NCBI GenBank assembly: GCA_040954595.2
Contig: CM082576.2
Span: 16,787,028-16,851,027 of the forward strand
Source: Balanoglossus misakiensis
Taxonomy: Eukaryota > Animalia > Hemichordata
Reading direction: 5' to 3'
DNA: 64,000 nt
The notes beneath the pieces are model-generated. The model was not told the DNA's origin. It searched no databases and saw only the letters and a list, made by a program, of their open reading frames with translations. This document shows, piece by piece, positions 24,615 through 37,371 of the stretch (the stretch's first letter is position 1; every line of letters begins with the position of its first letter). The translations under genes were made by a program, and so were the position numbers.

Positions 24615-25799
24615 TGTAACCGGCTCTTCGGGACGGCAATAGTGCAGGCCGCAAGGGAACTCAGCCAAATTAATTTCTCGAGCGGGGGCCGCAGGGGTTC
24701 TTCGTTTGGAGTTGACTTTCAGGTTTGCAACAACAGGGAGCAGGGTGTGAAATGAGAAACTACCACACTCTCATGTAATGTTGAACAGGATGTATTAACC
24801 AATGCAACACCTACAGTGTTGACCAACAACTATATCAAACTCAGCTTACAATATTTTGCAGTAAAACTCTCAAAAGGATTACTGACAAACTATGGCTTCA
24901 AAGTCAAACACACACTACACATGATATGGAAATATCAGCATCGATTCTCAAAAAAATCTCTGATCAAGTCAAAATGTTCACAGAAATAAATGTCTCTCTC
25001 TCTGCAGAACTTTACCGTAGTTACACATAAAAAGTTCAAACGCGACTCAACGTCCTGACTGATACACATGTGACGAAACTCAATGTCGGTCACACTCGGG
25101 AAAGTCTGTGACGAGGCGCGAATGCCAGGCTACGACCTTCGGATCAACATCTGTGGGCGTGGTCGCTTCACGGATGTCACTCGGGCGCTCGGCAAACTTC
25201 GTGTAATCGTCCAGCTCCGATAATAAGAACACGATTACATCCGGGACACTCCTACACAGTCTATTGCTCATCAATCGGCAAAATTCACTGGAATCGTCTC
25301 AGAAATGTTCAAAGGACAAAATAAGCACTGCTCATGAAGGCACAGAATGTCAACAAATCAACACCAACTCACTACGAAATGTCTGTCTCCACTCTCGACG
25401 GGTAACATCTAAATCTTCCGTAGGCCTCTACACAAACAGTTCAGCTTTCTCTGCGTCACATGCGCGAAATCTGCTGACTCATATGTGATGATTCAGAACG
25501 ACTATATCTCAGCGAAAACAGTCCATCCTGGGACAATACGGCATCTACGGGGACATCGGACTCGGCGGAAGTCTGCCTCGAAGTAGCAGGTCCGTCGTCC
25601 CGTTCACAACGCTAAAATATCTCGATCAAAAATCTGCATCGGCGATCAAACTCATCATAGAACTGTAGTTTGACGCCATACTCAAGTTCTAGAAAGTTTT
25701 CCGAAAAACAGACCCCCTAGCTAGGTCGTATTACATACAACTCCCTTGCTAGTCGTCATATACCGGTACTAAATACCATGGCAAAATATGCGGGCTACA
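24615..25799 (-). repeat. 3' LTR of the Gypsy element
   Basis: tgtaacc...ctaca; about 10 mismatches by eye to 32490-33674. Confidence 0.95.
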
Positions 25800-25812
25800 C
25801 TCTCCCCTGCTC
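25800..25812 (-). other. Polypurine tract
   Basis: Minus strand GAGCAGGGGAGAG lies immediately before the 3' LTR. Confidence 0.8.
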
Positions 25813-26218
25813 CGGGAAAGTGCGTCCCGCACTTTTGCTCTCTCAAAGCACTTTTGGGAAATGCATAACACTCATAAACTCATTGCAATAACAGATTACA
25901 AAGTTCTACTACTCAAGTGTAAGTGAAATATTTGTCACACACAAATGGACTTATCTGAACAAACATATCCCAAGTTCATAGGACAACAGATAAATGCATG
26001 TGTGGTGTACGCGCATATAAGCAGAAAGGATTTTGTATGAAACACCAAGACATATTACACTGACACGTATAGTGAAGTCTAGGAAACACATACTGTAGGA
26101 CACTGATCCCCCTTTTTGTGACATATGCCATCTGCATTACACATACAAACACTCACAGTACTCAAAACATAAACATGCAACTATTTGCATAATCGCGCGA
26201 CAAAGGCTAATCAACAGG

Positions 26219-29200
26219 TTAAGACCATCCATAGTACTGAGGTTTCTTGTGCAGCCTTGTTGATTTCCTCATAAACTGTGGTACATGATCATCTATCATA
26301 GCATCAGCAGTCGACTCGTCTTCTGCAGGCTGCACGACACTGCTCTCATCTACATCAGAGACATCAGATTCCACCATGGCAACATCAATAGAATTTTCTG
26401 TCATCTCGAGTTCCATCTGAGGGCCTTCTGATAGTCTGGTTTCACTCTGGTCATGGCTCGGCGTGTCTGCACTGCAAGGTGATGGCTCATATACACCTTC
26501 AGCATCAGGCACCAACACTGGGCTCACTTCATGTGATTTTGGTGGGGTATGAACACTAGTCTTGTGTACAACGTCACCGTTGTTGCCTTTTCTACAGCCT
26601 TCCTCTCTCCGGAGAGGTGTTGCTTCAGGTACGGCACATGGAACAAAAGCTGGTGTGTAGGGGTTGAGACCTAGCACGAACTCGTTATCATCTTCTTCAC
26701 AACTGTCATCGCTCTCGAATTCAGTCTTCATCTGGTCACTGGTCTTGCGCAAAACTGTCGACCTGGTTCGATGTTTACGCTCAACCGGTGAAGTCGGGCT
26801 CTTCGGCTCTTTCTTCTCTACTTTCGAGTGATATGGCAACAGCAAATTGCGATGCAATATTCTCTGTCTCCCTTTACCAGACACTGGCTTTATAATGTAC
26901 ACTGTCACGTCTGAATCCACTTTCCGTACAACTGTATAGGGCTCTTCTTCCCATCTGTCCGCTATCTTTGTCTTTCCTCTGAGGTTGACATTCCTTACAA
27001 GCACTCTATCGCCGATTTCCAATACAGCGCCTCGCACCCTCTGATCGTAGCGCTGCTTGTTGTCTGCTGCTCTCTTCTCAGCATGCTTGGAGGCAACATC
27101 ATACGCATACTGCAAACGCTTCCGGAGTGTATCGGCAAACTCCTCATGTGTCACTGGGCAGGTGTCATCTGGTTGCAGACCGAGATGCACGTCCATCGGT
27201 AGTTTCGGATGCCGTCCAAACATGAGATAGTAGGGTGAGTAACCCGTACTGTCGTTTCTCGTACAGTTATATGCATGCACTAACGGCGCTACATACGACT
27301 TCCAATCGTTCTTTTTCTTGTTGTCCAGAGTTCCCAACATCTCCAGCAAGCTACGGTTAAACCGCTCACACTGGCCGTTGCCCTGCGGGTGGTACGGCGT
27401 GGTTCGCGATTTCTCTATTCCGGCAACTTCGCACAGTTCTTTGATCACCCTGGATTCGAAGTTGCGGCCCTGGTCTGAATGCAACCTACTGGGGAACCCG
27501 TAATGCACCATGAAGTTCTCGAACAGATGCCTGGCTGTTGTCTTTGCAGACTGGTTTCTCGTGGGGATGGCCACCGCGTATCTCGTAAAATGGTCGGTGA
27601 TCACCAATACATCCTTGATGCCACCTTTCGACTCTTCCAGCGACAAAAAGTCCATGCAGACAAGCTCCATGGGTTGGCTGGTCTTGATGCTAACTAGCGG
27701 TGCTCGTGTCTTCCCACCAGACGGATTCATTCTCCATAGACATCTGTCACACGTCTCTATCTTGACACTAACATCTTGACTCATGTGTGGCCAATAGAAC
27801 CGTGCACGTAACAGGTCTACTAGGGTACGCTCTTGTCCCAAGTGTCCTGTCTTGTCATGTACTCCCGCAAGCGCCGTGTCTCTGTAAGTTTTGGGTAATA
27901 CAAGCTGGTAGTGTGTCTGTCCATCTACCCCAACACGGCTCCTGTGCAACACACCATCTCTAAGCACAGTCGGTTCCACTCTCTCAAACCGATCTGGACA
28001 TCTTGGTGTTCTTTCTTCTTCTCTGGAACCGTAGGAAGTACACCTCTGGCTTTCCACATATACAATCTGCCAATCTGTGGGTCTTCTATTTGAAGTCTCT
28101 TCCAGTCTGACATCCTCAAGGCTGGCAATGTGGTTTCTCCGGGCCACGGCTCTGGTTCATCAATAGCGGTAGGTACTGCTGCGGCTGTAAGGGCAACAGC
28201 CTCTACCAATGGTGGACATGTCACTGAATGCCCCTGACACACCGTCTTGAATTCATCAGAAGACAGTACGACCCTCTCTGCTAGACCGTGCGCCTGAGGT
28301 TTTCTCGATAAGCCGTCCGCATCTCCGTTGTGTCTGCCTGGGCGATACGTTAGGCTGAAGTCGTAGTTGGACAACGCCGCCAACCATCTGTACCCTGTAG
28401 CATCCAACTTCGCTGACGTTGTGATGTACGTCAAGGGATTGTTGTCTGTCAGGACCTCCACACGATTTCCGTATAAGTACTCGTGGAATTTCTTTGAATT
28501 GCCCACTTCAACGCAAGGAACTCAAGCTTATGAGCAGGGTAGTTTCTCTCACTTTGTGACAAACTTCTACTAGCGTAGGCCACAGGTCTCTTCACTGTTT
28601 TGCCATCAACAACATGCTCCTGATATAGAGCTGCACCTAGGCCCAAAGTGCTGGCGTCCGTGTGAAGCTCAAAGGGCTTTCCATAATTAGCACACGCCAG
28701 GACTGGTGGGTTAGTCAGCCTCTGTATCAAAGAGTCAAATGCCCGCTGACAGTCTTCCGTCCAGACAAAGGGTGGCTGTGTCCGCACGCCATCAGTCGGT
28801 TTTCTTCCTTTCCTCCTCTTCGCAGGGTGTCCTGCTGTGAGGCGTGTCAGTGGCCTCGCTATGTTCGCAAATCCCTCTACAAACCTTCGGTAATAGCTGG
28901 CAAACCCTAGGAACGATTTCAGCTCATGCACGTTCTTAGGTATGGGCCAAGTCTCCAAAGCTTTCACCTTCTCTGGATCAGTCTCCACACCGTCTTCGGA
29001 CACTACGTGTCCTAGGTATCGGACTCTATCACGGAAGAACTGGCACTTTGTGTGCTTTATCTTCAAATTGTAGCTCTCAAGTCGGTCCATCACCAACTTC
29101 AATCTCTCAAGGTGTTCTTCGAACGTTGACGAGAACACAATGATGTCGTTGAGATACACTAAGCATGTCTTCATATTCAACCCGTCCATGCACTGCTCCA

Positions 29201-32114
29201 TAGTGCGTTGGAAGGTAGCTCCCGCATTCTTCAGCCCAAATGGCATGCGACAACACTCGAAGAAGCCAAGTGGGGTGGTTAATGCCGTCTTCGGTATATC
29301 CTCCTCTGACATCGCTATCTGCCAATAGCCACTCTTCAGGTCTATGGAAGAGAACCACTTTGCACCGTTAAGCAAGTCTAACGTCTCCTCTATGCGAGGT
29401 ATGGGATACGCATCCCTCATTGTGCGTGCGTTCAATCTTCGATAGTCCACACATAGCCTCGTAGATCCGTCTCTCTTCTGTACAAGGACAATTGGTGCTG
29501 CCCAAGGACTGTACGACTTCCTGATAGCACCACTATCCAACATACCCTTCAGTACTCGCTTCACCTCGTCGTACATCGCCGGGGGAATGCAGCGATGGCA
29601 TTCTCTCATCGGTTGACTATCAGTGAGGGGTATCTTGTGCTTCACAGCAGTACAATGCCCCAAATCATCTTCGTGTTTCGAGAACACACTGGACTTGTCA
29701 TCAAATAGTTGCTGGACGGCACTCATCTGTTGGTCGTTCAGCGCTGATTCCGACATATCGAACAGAAGATCTCCGCTCGTGATGATCTTCTGTCCTCGAG
29801 TGTCGATGTCACAGCCATGCTGTCCTGCTGTTACAACTACGGGCTCTGACTCAATGGCAATCACTGTACGTGCAACTCCTAGTGGATCACCGGGCTTCAC
29901 TACTAAAGTCTTGCAGGTTTTGTTCTGTATCACAATGGGAACCTTGGACTTTTTCCTTCCACACGTCATCTCGGCTAAGATTGGTCCGCCTATCCAACCA
30001 CCAAGTTCGTCCCATCTCCCACTAGGTTCAATGGCTACCACGTACTTGTCACCTGGAGGGCCTGACTTCGCTTTGCCCCACATAGTTTTCGCTTGGTTAG
30101 GGGGTACTTTCAAAGGGCTGGAAAGTAGAGCACGTACTACTCACAAATTTCCTTTCTGTCCGATGAATCTATCTCTGACCTCCAATCTCTGAAGTGCCTG
30201 GCGACCAACTGCAGACATCCTGTGACACTGGACGGCACCCTGTCGCTTTTTCACTCCATTGGGTGGGTACTTGTAGAGGCCTAGCAGGTTAGTGCCCACC
30301 GTCAATGGCACATTCCTCGAGTGATCCGTATCCGGCACAACTAACATGAGGACAGTGAACTCCCGTCCATCCCCGAACACTTCCTTCGGGAACGACACAC
30401 CAACTTCTATGCAGCCAAGGAAGGGTACAGCTTGCCCTTCTGCTCCACGGATCTCTAATAACTCTTCAACGGGCTCGATTTGTAAGGACTTCAAGTTCTC
30501 ATTGTAGAATGATGAGCTCACCATGGTCACTTGCGAACCTGTATCGATCAAGCATCTACAAGCAATTCCGTTGACAAACGCATCTGTTTCGTTGGGCTCT
30601 CCAACTAATCTATCAGACTTCACGCATCTTGTCGCCATGATCGGTGTAGGTCCAACACCACGACGGAGAGAACGTCTACGATAGGCTGGATGTATCGTCT
30701 GAACTTGCACTGACCCAGTCTTCTTTTCTCTTTTCGGTTCAGGGCAACTCTTCGCCATGTGTCCCTCTCCGTCACAGTTATAGCACTTCACAGCTTTCTT
30801 GTTTGGTGATGTGCACCCTCTAGCAATGTGTCCTTCCTCACCACAGGCGAAACACTTGGTTGGTTTGGTGGAGGAATCCTGTTTCTTTTGTTGTCGTTTC
30901 TCTCCATTTAACTTTTCTTTGAGCTTCTGGTTTTCTCTCCGTAACTGTTCAATCTCATTTCCTGCAGTTGATCTGCTACGCAGTTCATGTAACTCTCTCT
31001 CCACATCTATCATACGCCGTTCGGCTTCAGACTGGTGCTGCCTGTCAGCTGCTGAGGCCGTCTGTTTCTTTTCCAATTCGCCTATACGGTCCTGCAATGT
31101 TTGTATAGGTTTTGCCATGGCTTTCAGCAACTTTTCCACATCAGCCTGGTCAACAATCGGCCTCTCTGCGGCTACAGACTGGTGAGACTGTCTGGCTGGT
31201 GTGTGTTTACTCTGTCCGTTCATACTGGCTCTGTCGCGAACTTCTCATTCAGCCATGCGAACAATTTTCTTCAACTCTTCAAAAGTTTGGCATCTGTCTT
31301 TCTGCGGTCTGGCAATATCAATAACCCGATCTTCTCTCAAGTTACGCCAAAACACAGTCATCAATGCCTCATCGATGGCGGAGTCACGTATACCGCCATG
31401 TCTTTTCACATTATGTATAGCCTGCTCTACATAATGGCAGTCACCGAACTCAACAGCGGTTTCCTCATCTCTCTGCCGACTGTCTCTGTAAAAACGTTCC
31501 AGAAGAGCTGCGCCGTCTTCCATTTCACCGAAACTGCCTTCAAGTTTCTTGATAATTTGTCCCACAGTAGCATCACGCTTCATCGTAATAAGTAGGCCAG
31601 TAGCACGACCTTTAAATGACCTTCGAACTGCAGGGGTCAAAACTTCGGACGGATAAATGTTCGCGTCAATCAAAGACTGTACCTGGTCCCGCCATATCTC
31701 AAATTCAGCGTCACCTTTACGATTCGGGTCACCCGAAAACGTGTCCAGCCGAGGCGGTTGGTACACACTCGCCAGCATACTCGCATCTGATCGTTGACTT
31801 CTATAACCGAACAACGTTGAGGGCGTACTTGTCTCCATGGGTTGTGGCCTCGGGTTGCTGCTATCTAAATCGGCAATAACACCACTGTCTGACGGGCTGC
31901 CGTGACTGCCTTTTTCTCCAATACCCGCGCCGCTACGCGCGCCGCCATGCGCTACTTGACTCGCGCCAGCGTCATCGGAAGACCTGTGTCGCAATCCCCG
32001 TCCTCTGGCACTCTTGGGTAGCGCCCCCAAGGCAGACCTTGTCTCAGACTGTACACTCGTAGGGCGCCCCCGCCCCAAGGGAGTGGTAAAATTTCCTTCC
32101 CCGCTTTGCGCCAT
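26219..32114 (-). pseudogene. Gypsy gag-pol polyprotein (PNMA-like capsid, 2x CCHC, protease, RT, RNase H, integrase), disrupted
   Basis: Motifs: PPRLDTFSG...FEIW capsid, CFACGEEGHIARGC and CYNCDGEGHMAKSC, LIDTGSQVT, RLCVDYRRLN, RMPFGL, LHTDAS, HHCC, DDE core (MDF, SDQG, ERFN) and GPY/F-like WEEEPY. In-frame TGA at 31247-31245 and 30143-30141. 1-bp frameshifts near 28497 and 27968. RT motif reads YLND instead of YLDD. Confidence 0.92.
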
Positions 32115-32468
32115 GTTAGTAGTCAAACAAGGTGTTTCGCATATCAATAAAGCAATACTCGCCAATAGCAAACGCAGCCACATGAAAACAATGCTCTAAA
32201 TTACAATCGCAAATGACACAGAAAAAGTAATACATACACTTTTTGTATACTCAAAAAAAATAATGGCCCGGTAGTGTGGACTATACACCGTCAAATACTC
32301 GTAATGTTTACTGTGGGCACAACTACAACAGAGGTATGTTTCTCATATATATCACACCTCACTATCGTTGCAACCTAGCCAACATATACTCAATATCTCT
32401 AACAAACATACAGCCAATTTGTAACCTGCACACAAATCTAAAAATTTGGGGACAAATTTCAAACTGTG

Positions 32469-32486
32469 GCCCCATGTTGGGCGCCA
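32469..32486 (-). other. Primer binding site complementary to the tRNA-Lys(CUU) 3' end
   Basis: Minus strand TGGCGCCCAACATGGGGC matches the canonical Lys1,2 PBS TGGCGCCCAACGTGGGGC at 17/18; it lies 3 nt from the 5' LTR. Confidence 0.85.
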
Positions 32487-32489
32487 ATT

Positions 32490-33674
32490 TGTAACCGGCT
32501 CTTCGCGACGGCAATAGTGCAGGCCGCAAGGGAACTCAGCCAAATTAATTTCTCGAGCGGGGGCCACAGGGGTTTTTCGTTTGGAGTTGACTTTCAGGTT
32601 TGCAACAACAGGGAGCAGGGTGTGAAATGAGAAACTACCACACTCTCATGTAATGTTGAACAGGATGTATTAACCAATGCAACACCTACAGTGTTGACCA
32701 ACAACTATATCAAACTCAGCTTACAATATTTTGCAGTAAAACTCTCAAAAGGATTACTGACAAACTATGGCTTCAAAGTCAAACACACACTACACATGAT
32801 ATGGAAATATCAGCATCGATTCTCAAAAAAATCTCTGATCAAGTCAAAATGTTCACAGAAATAAATGTCTCTCTCTCTGCAAAACTTTACTGTAGTTACA
32901 CATAAAAAGTTCAAACGCGACTCGACGTCTTCACTGATACACATGTGACGAAACTCAATGTCGGTCACACTCGGGAAAGTCCGTGACGAGGCGCGAATGC
33001 CAGGCTACGACCTTCGGATCAACATCTGTGGGCGTGGTCGCTTCACGGATGTCACTCGGGCGCTCGGCAAACTTCGTGTAATCGTCCAGCTCCGATAATA
33101 AGAACACGATTACATCCGGGACACTCCTACACAGTCTATTGCTCATCAATCGGCAAAATTCACTGGAATCGTCTCAGAAATGTTCAAAGGACAAAATAAG
33201 CACTGCTCATGAAGGCACAGAATGTCAACAAATCAACACCAACTCACTACGAAATGTCTGTCTCCACTCTCGACGGGTAACATCTAAATCTTCCGTAGGC
33301 CTCTACACAAACAGTTCAGCTTTCTCTGCGTCACATGCGCGAAATCTGCTGACTCATATGTGATGATTCAGAACGACTATATCTCAGCGAAAACAGTCCA
33401 TCCTGGGACAATACGGCATCTACGGGGACATCGGACTCAGCGGAAGTCTGCCTCGAAGTAGCAGGTCCGTCGTCCCGTTCACAACGCTAAAATATCTCGA
33501 TCAAAAATCTGCATCGGCGATCAAACTCATCATAGAACTGTAGTTTGACGCCATACTCAAGTTCTAGAAAGTTTTCCGAAAAACAGACCCCCTAGCTAGG
33601 TCGTATTACATACAACTCCCTTGCTAGTCGTCATATACCGGTACTAAATACCATGGCAAAATATGCGGGCTACA
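32490..33674 (-). repeat. 5' LTR of the Gypsy element
   Basis: Direct repeat of 24615-25799 at an offset of 7875 bp. Confidence 0.95.
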
Positions 33675-34759
33675 TTTGCGTGTCGTGTCAATATTTTTGC
33701 TCATTTAACACACTTTGAAAGTAGTGATATATGTCAAAGTACTGCACCAAGTTTGATAGAACTTGCGCCAGATTGCTCCAATCAACATCTAACTGAACTT
33801 CGAGAGTTTACATGTGTTATGTTAGTTACCCATTAGTTTGTATACTTACGAATAAGTGTGTTAACTGTTATAAATATAAATCCAGAGGCTTTGAAACCTG
33901 TTTGAGAATTTGTTGTCAAATTGAAAAAAATGATTCAGTGAGACTGCATGGAGAGTTCTGCTCAACACTATAAAGCGCGATATAAGGTATACTACGCCCG
34001 TGGTCCACAGGTCTGTAGCTCTCAGCTTTGCAGTGGTGATTATGTAGTTTGTACCGTGGACGTAGAAATAGATGAAGAACTGGCCTGAGTTTTTCTACCC
34101 CGGGCACTGGTCAACTTCTCCCACTGGCCGTCTTCTCTTCACACCATCTCTGTGGTATTAGATATGCGGGTATTAGGTTGTCAATATAGAAGCCGTCTCA
34201 CTAAATTTAGAACTTTGCTGATCAAAGCATTCTGACGTACAGTTATTTCTGCAAACTATACAAAAATTACCATGAAAGAGAAAATCTGGCCAATCACGCA
34301 TCTTCATTGCGTGTCCACGCGAGAAAAGTGCTCTAACGCATGATTATTTGATTACTAAAATGGACACGTAATTCTAACCATATAAGGGCATATATGTAAA
34401 TTGAAGTTAACTTTTAAGTTGTTATAAAGCAACGTTGGAGCATTCAGGCCACAGTGTCTGAGCTGGGTAGAGCATAGGCACACTAATCACTGGTGAGTAC
34501 ATTTGCTTTTTTCAATTGTGCATTTATTGTTCAGGTGCAGTCTTGTAAAGAGTCAAGCCCGCCACAGACAATTAGGGCCTATGGGGTTTTAGTAGTGAGA
34601 ACAATAAGTACATGAGCTTTCAAAATGAGGAAGATATTTGGGAAGATCAGGTTCAGATGAATATAATTCGCCCCTGGTAAATGCAATTCCAACTGCTTTG
34701 ACGCGCAGATGTGTAAAGCGTTCAAACATTCTACATACAAGAAAAAGACACAATAATGA

Positions 34760-35183
34760 AATCCGGATCTTCGTTCGTGTTCTGTCCTAAAACCTGCGAG
34801 TGCATGCATATTTTCCATACAAAACTCTGTCGAGCACATTTTGCCTAAAGAAGGAACTCGTTCTCGACAATTTTCACTAAAGATCACTATAGGTCGGGCT
34901 TAATGAACATCCGGCTCTTCGTGTTCTGTCCTAAAACATGCGAGTGCATGCATATTTTCCATACAAAACTCTGTCAAGCACATTTTGCCTAAAGAAGGAA
35001 CTCGTTCTCGACAATTTTCACTAAAGATCACTATAGGCCGGGCTTAATAATCATCCGGCTCTTCGTGTTCTGTCCTAAAACCTGCGAGTGCATGCGTATT
35101 TTCCATACAAAACTCTGTCGAGCACATTTTGCCTAATGGAGAACCTCGTTCTCGACAATTTTCACTAACGATTACAATAGGTC
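34760..35183. repeat. Tandem repeat, 144-bp unit, ~3 copies
   Basis: ttcgtgttctgtcctaaaac recurs at 34774, 34918 and 35062. Confidence 0.88.
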
Positions 35184-35565
35184 ACGCTGCATGAGATAGA
35201 GAAACCAACAGTGACTGTAAGTCAAATTTACAATTTATCAGTTAGTTTCCTTGATTAATCAATAGAATATTGAACTCTCAAGTCAGCCATATGTCACAAA
35301 ATGGCCATGGGAAGTTACCTATATGAGAATACAGCGAGGTGTCTGTTGACAAGCACGTATTGGGAGCCAACATTATATTGGTGATTTGTAACGGAATACT
35401 TGGCTATTTTCGGAAAATACAATGTCTGGTAGAAAATAAACGACTCGCCACTTTCTTTCCAAAAATGATACAAATAAATGGGGTGTTTTTGTCGAAGACA
35501 TGGCCACGCATGTGTTTCGTCATGTATCCAGTGCAATTTACCACATTGTATACGTCATCGTCTAT

Positions 35566-36230
35566 AATAATAATAATAATAATAATTTATTCAGTACCAA
35601 TGGCCACCGGCCAAACTGTACAAAAAATTCAAATATACAGGTATTTGACGCTAGTACGGTATATAAAATAGATGCACTGTCACAATTCTGGAAATGGAAA
35701 GACAGAGACATAATAAACTATACATGTATATTGTTCAAATTATCATGTCTACGTTTTGTTGAATAGAATATGTATCTGCTGAGATTACGGACAGTTTCTG
35801 CTTTCTCTGAAGAAAGAAGTAGTGTAAATTTATACGGAACAGGGGGATTGTGAAAATAGTCTGGAATATATTTGACTCTCAAATCAGAGTACTTTGGACA
35901 AACTAACAAAAAATGGAATTCGTCTTCGACATGTTTCAAAGAACACAAATCACACAGTCTGTCACGGCGTGGAATATTACTCCATCGTCCGGTCTCTACC
36001 TTTAAACAGTGAGCAGAGACTCTAAATTTGCATAGGGCTAGTTTGAATACAGGTTTCTCAATCTGTAACAAATATGGTTCTACACGGAGTTCTTTTTAAA
36101 AAGTTGAATAGGTTTCCAACCTTCTAGAGTGACTCAAATTTTCAGTCCATGACTGAAAATCAATATCAACACATCTTTGTTTGAAAGTCTTTAAAAACAT
36201 AGCTTCATTTCCAACACCTTGGTTTTCCCA
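35566..36230 (-). mobile_element. 5'-truncated non-LTR retrotransposon (RTE-X-like ORF2 C-terminal CCHC region) with (ATT)n tail and 11-bp TSD
   Basis: ORF reads KFRVSAHCLKVETGRW...RLCDLC...EDEFHFLLVCPKY, followed by AATAAA and an (ATT)n tail. TSD TCATCGTCTAT at 35555-35565 and 36231-36241. Clade assignment is tentative. Confidence 0.85.
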
Positions 36231-36435
36231 TCATCGTCTATTATAATTTACAGTATGGGTTGTTTGATTCCCGACCTGTCAAACTCGCCCTACGTTCCGG
36301 TCCGAACAGTGTCCTACCCACCATACACGTTTGGGAATTAAGCGGGTCGAGCTGGCTGTGGTTAATTTATGTTCATTTATTACCGTGTCATTGTGGACTA
36401 CATCAGATACAGACCGTAATATATTGTCTGCGCGA

Positions 36436-36517
36436 GTATAAAAAAGGCAGTAATTTCACGATCTCCCACTCGTACCCTGATGTGGTCTTCGCAAATGTTA
36501 CTGCCAAATCACGAAGG
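36436..36517 (+). promoter_or_regulatory. Putative TATA box and non-coding first exon of the lectin gene
   Basis: gTATAAAAA at ~36436, donor AAG|GTAAAT at 36517/36518, and acceptor TTTAG before the signal-peptide exon at 37339. Confidence 0.45.
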
Positions 36518-37371
36518 TAAATGGAGAACAAAGATGGTGAAAGACCTTCCCCCTTTCACGCCAGTATGTTTACTGAACCATAATTGTACCCACAAAGGGC
36601 ACATTGCCCTGACAGTACAAATTCATGTGATGACCAGTCTGTATTTTACGGTTCTTCACATAATCTAAGCCTCTCATTCAGTTAATTGTTACTTCAAATT
36701 TTTCTCTGTCATGAGCCGGGTTTTCGTAAATCTAGTCTGTAATCCAGACCCCAGTGTGCTTTAGATAGACTGCATGGTTCCATTGACATATACAAATTCA
36801 CGATAGGTTAAAAAATAACAATGTTGCGGGTTGTGAGTTATAATCTTCACCAAATTTACGTTTTCCTATTTTACTCATTGAGCGTAGGCGGGATGCAAAG
36901 TGTTACCCCATGGCAACCCCTTCAAATCCATTCAAATGATATTTTAACCTGACCTTTATAAATATGTCGTCTTTAAAAATAACGCTTTAACATTTTGCGG
37001 GTTTTATTACACGCCTCTGTCAATTTTATCACCATACTCAGTGTAAAAAAATTTAATGACGCTGAAATTACTCCAAATGTTGTTAATGATTGAGGTAGGG
37101 TGATCGATTGATCGATTAGGTGATTGATTTGATTTATTTTATTGGCTGATTGATTGATTGATTAATGTATCTCCCTTGGAAACGTTCTCATTGACCCTGG
37201 ATCTGTCAGTTAAAATATCAAAAGACCCATATCTCCACATGGTTGTAAAAAATATCGCCCAACCGAACGTATACATTTTACAGATCCTCTATATTTTTGA
37301 CACTTGATTACACATGGTCATGTTTTGTTTTTATTTAGACACAAGATTTGCTGCTTTGCTTGCTGACGAGA

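Larger units (their letters stand above)
24615..33674 (-). mobile_element. Full-length Ty3/Gypsy LTR retrotransposon (9060 bp), inactivated
   Basis: Two 1185-bp TG...CA LTRs, 4-bp TSD TTTG (24611-24614 / 33675-33678), PBS, PPT, and domain order gag-PR-RT-RH-IN. Confidence 0.97.

Noticed and set aside
25080-25488. 64-aa and 74-aa ORFs identical in both LTRs
   Set aside because: Identity follows from LTR duplication; no domain signature or other support for coding.
26219-26760. env-like or chromodomain extension after integrase
   Set aside because: Low-complexity acidic tail ending in an R-x-S-x-R...P motif typical of Gypsy integrases; no TM, signal peptide or chromodomain.
30141-31247. Programmed readthrough at the in-frame TGA codons
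   Set aside because: They fall within gag and after the protease, not at a gag-pol boundary, and the element has other lesions; point mutations are more likely.
29623-31595. Long plus-strand ORFs antisense to gag-pol (also those antisense to CLCA and protease exons)
   Set aside because: Shadow ORFs of the real minus-strand coding sequence.
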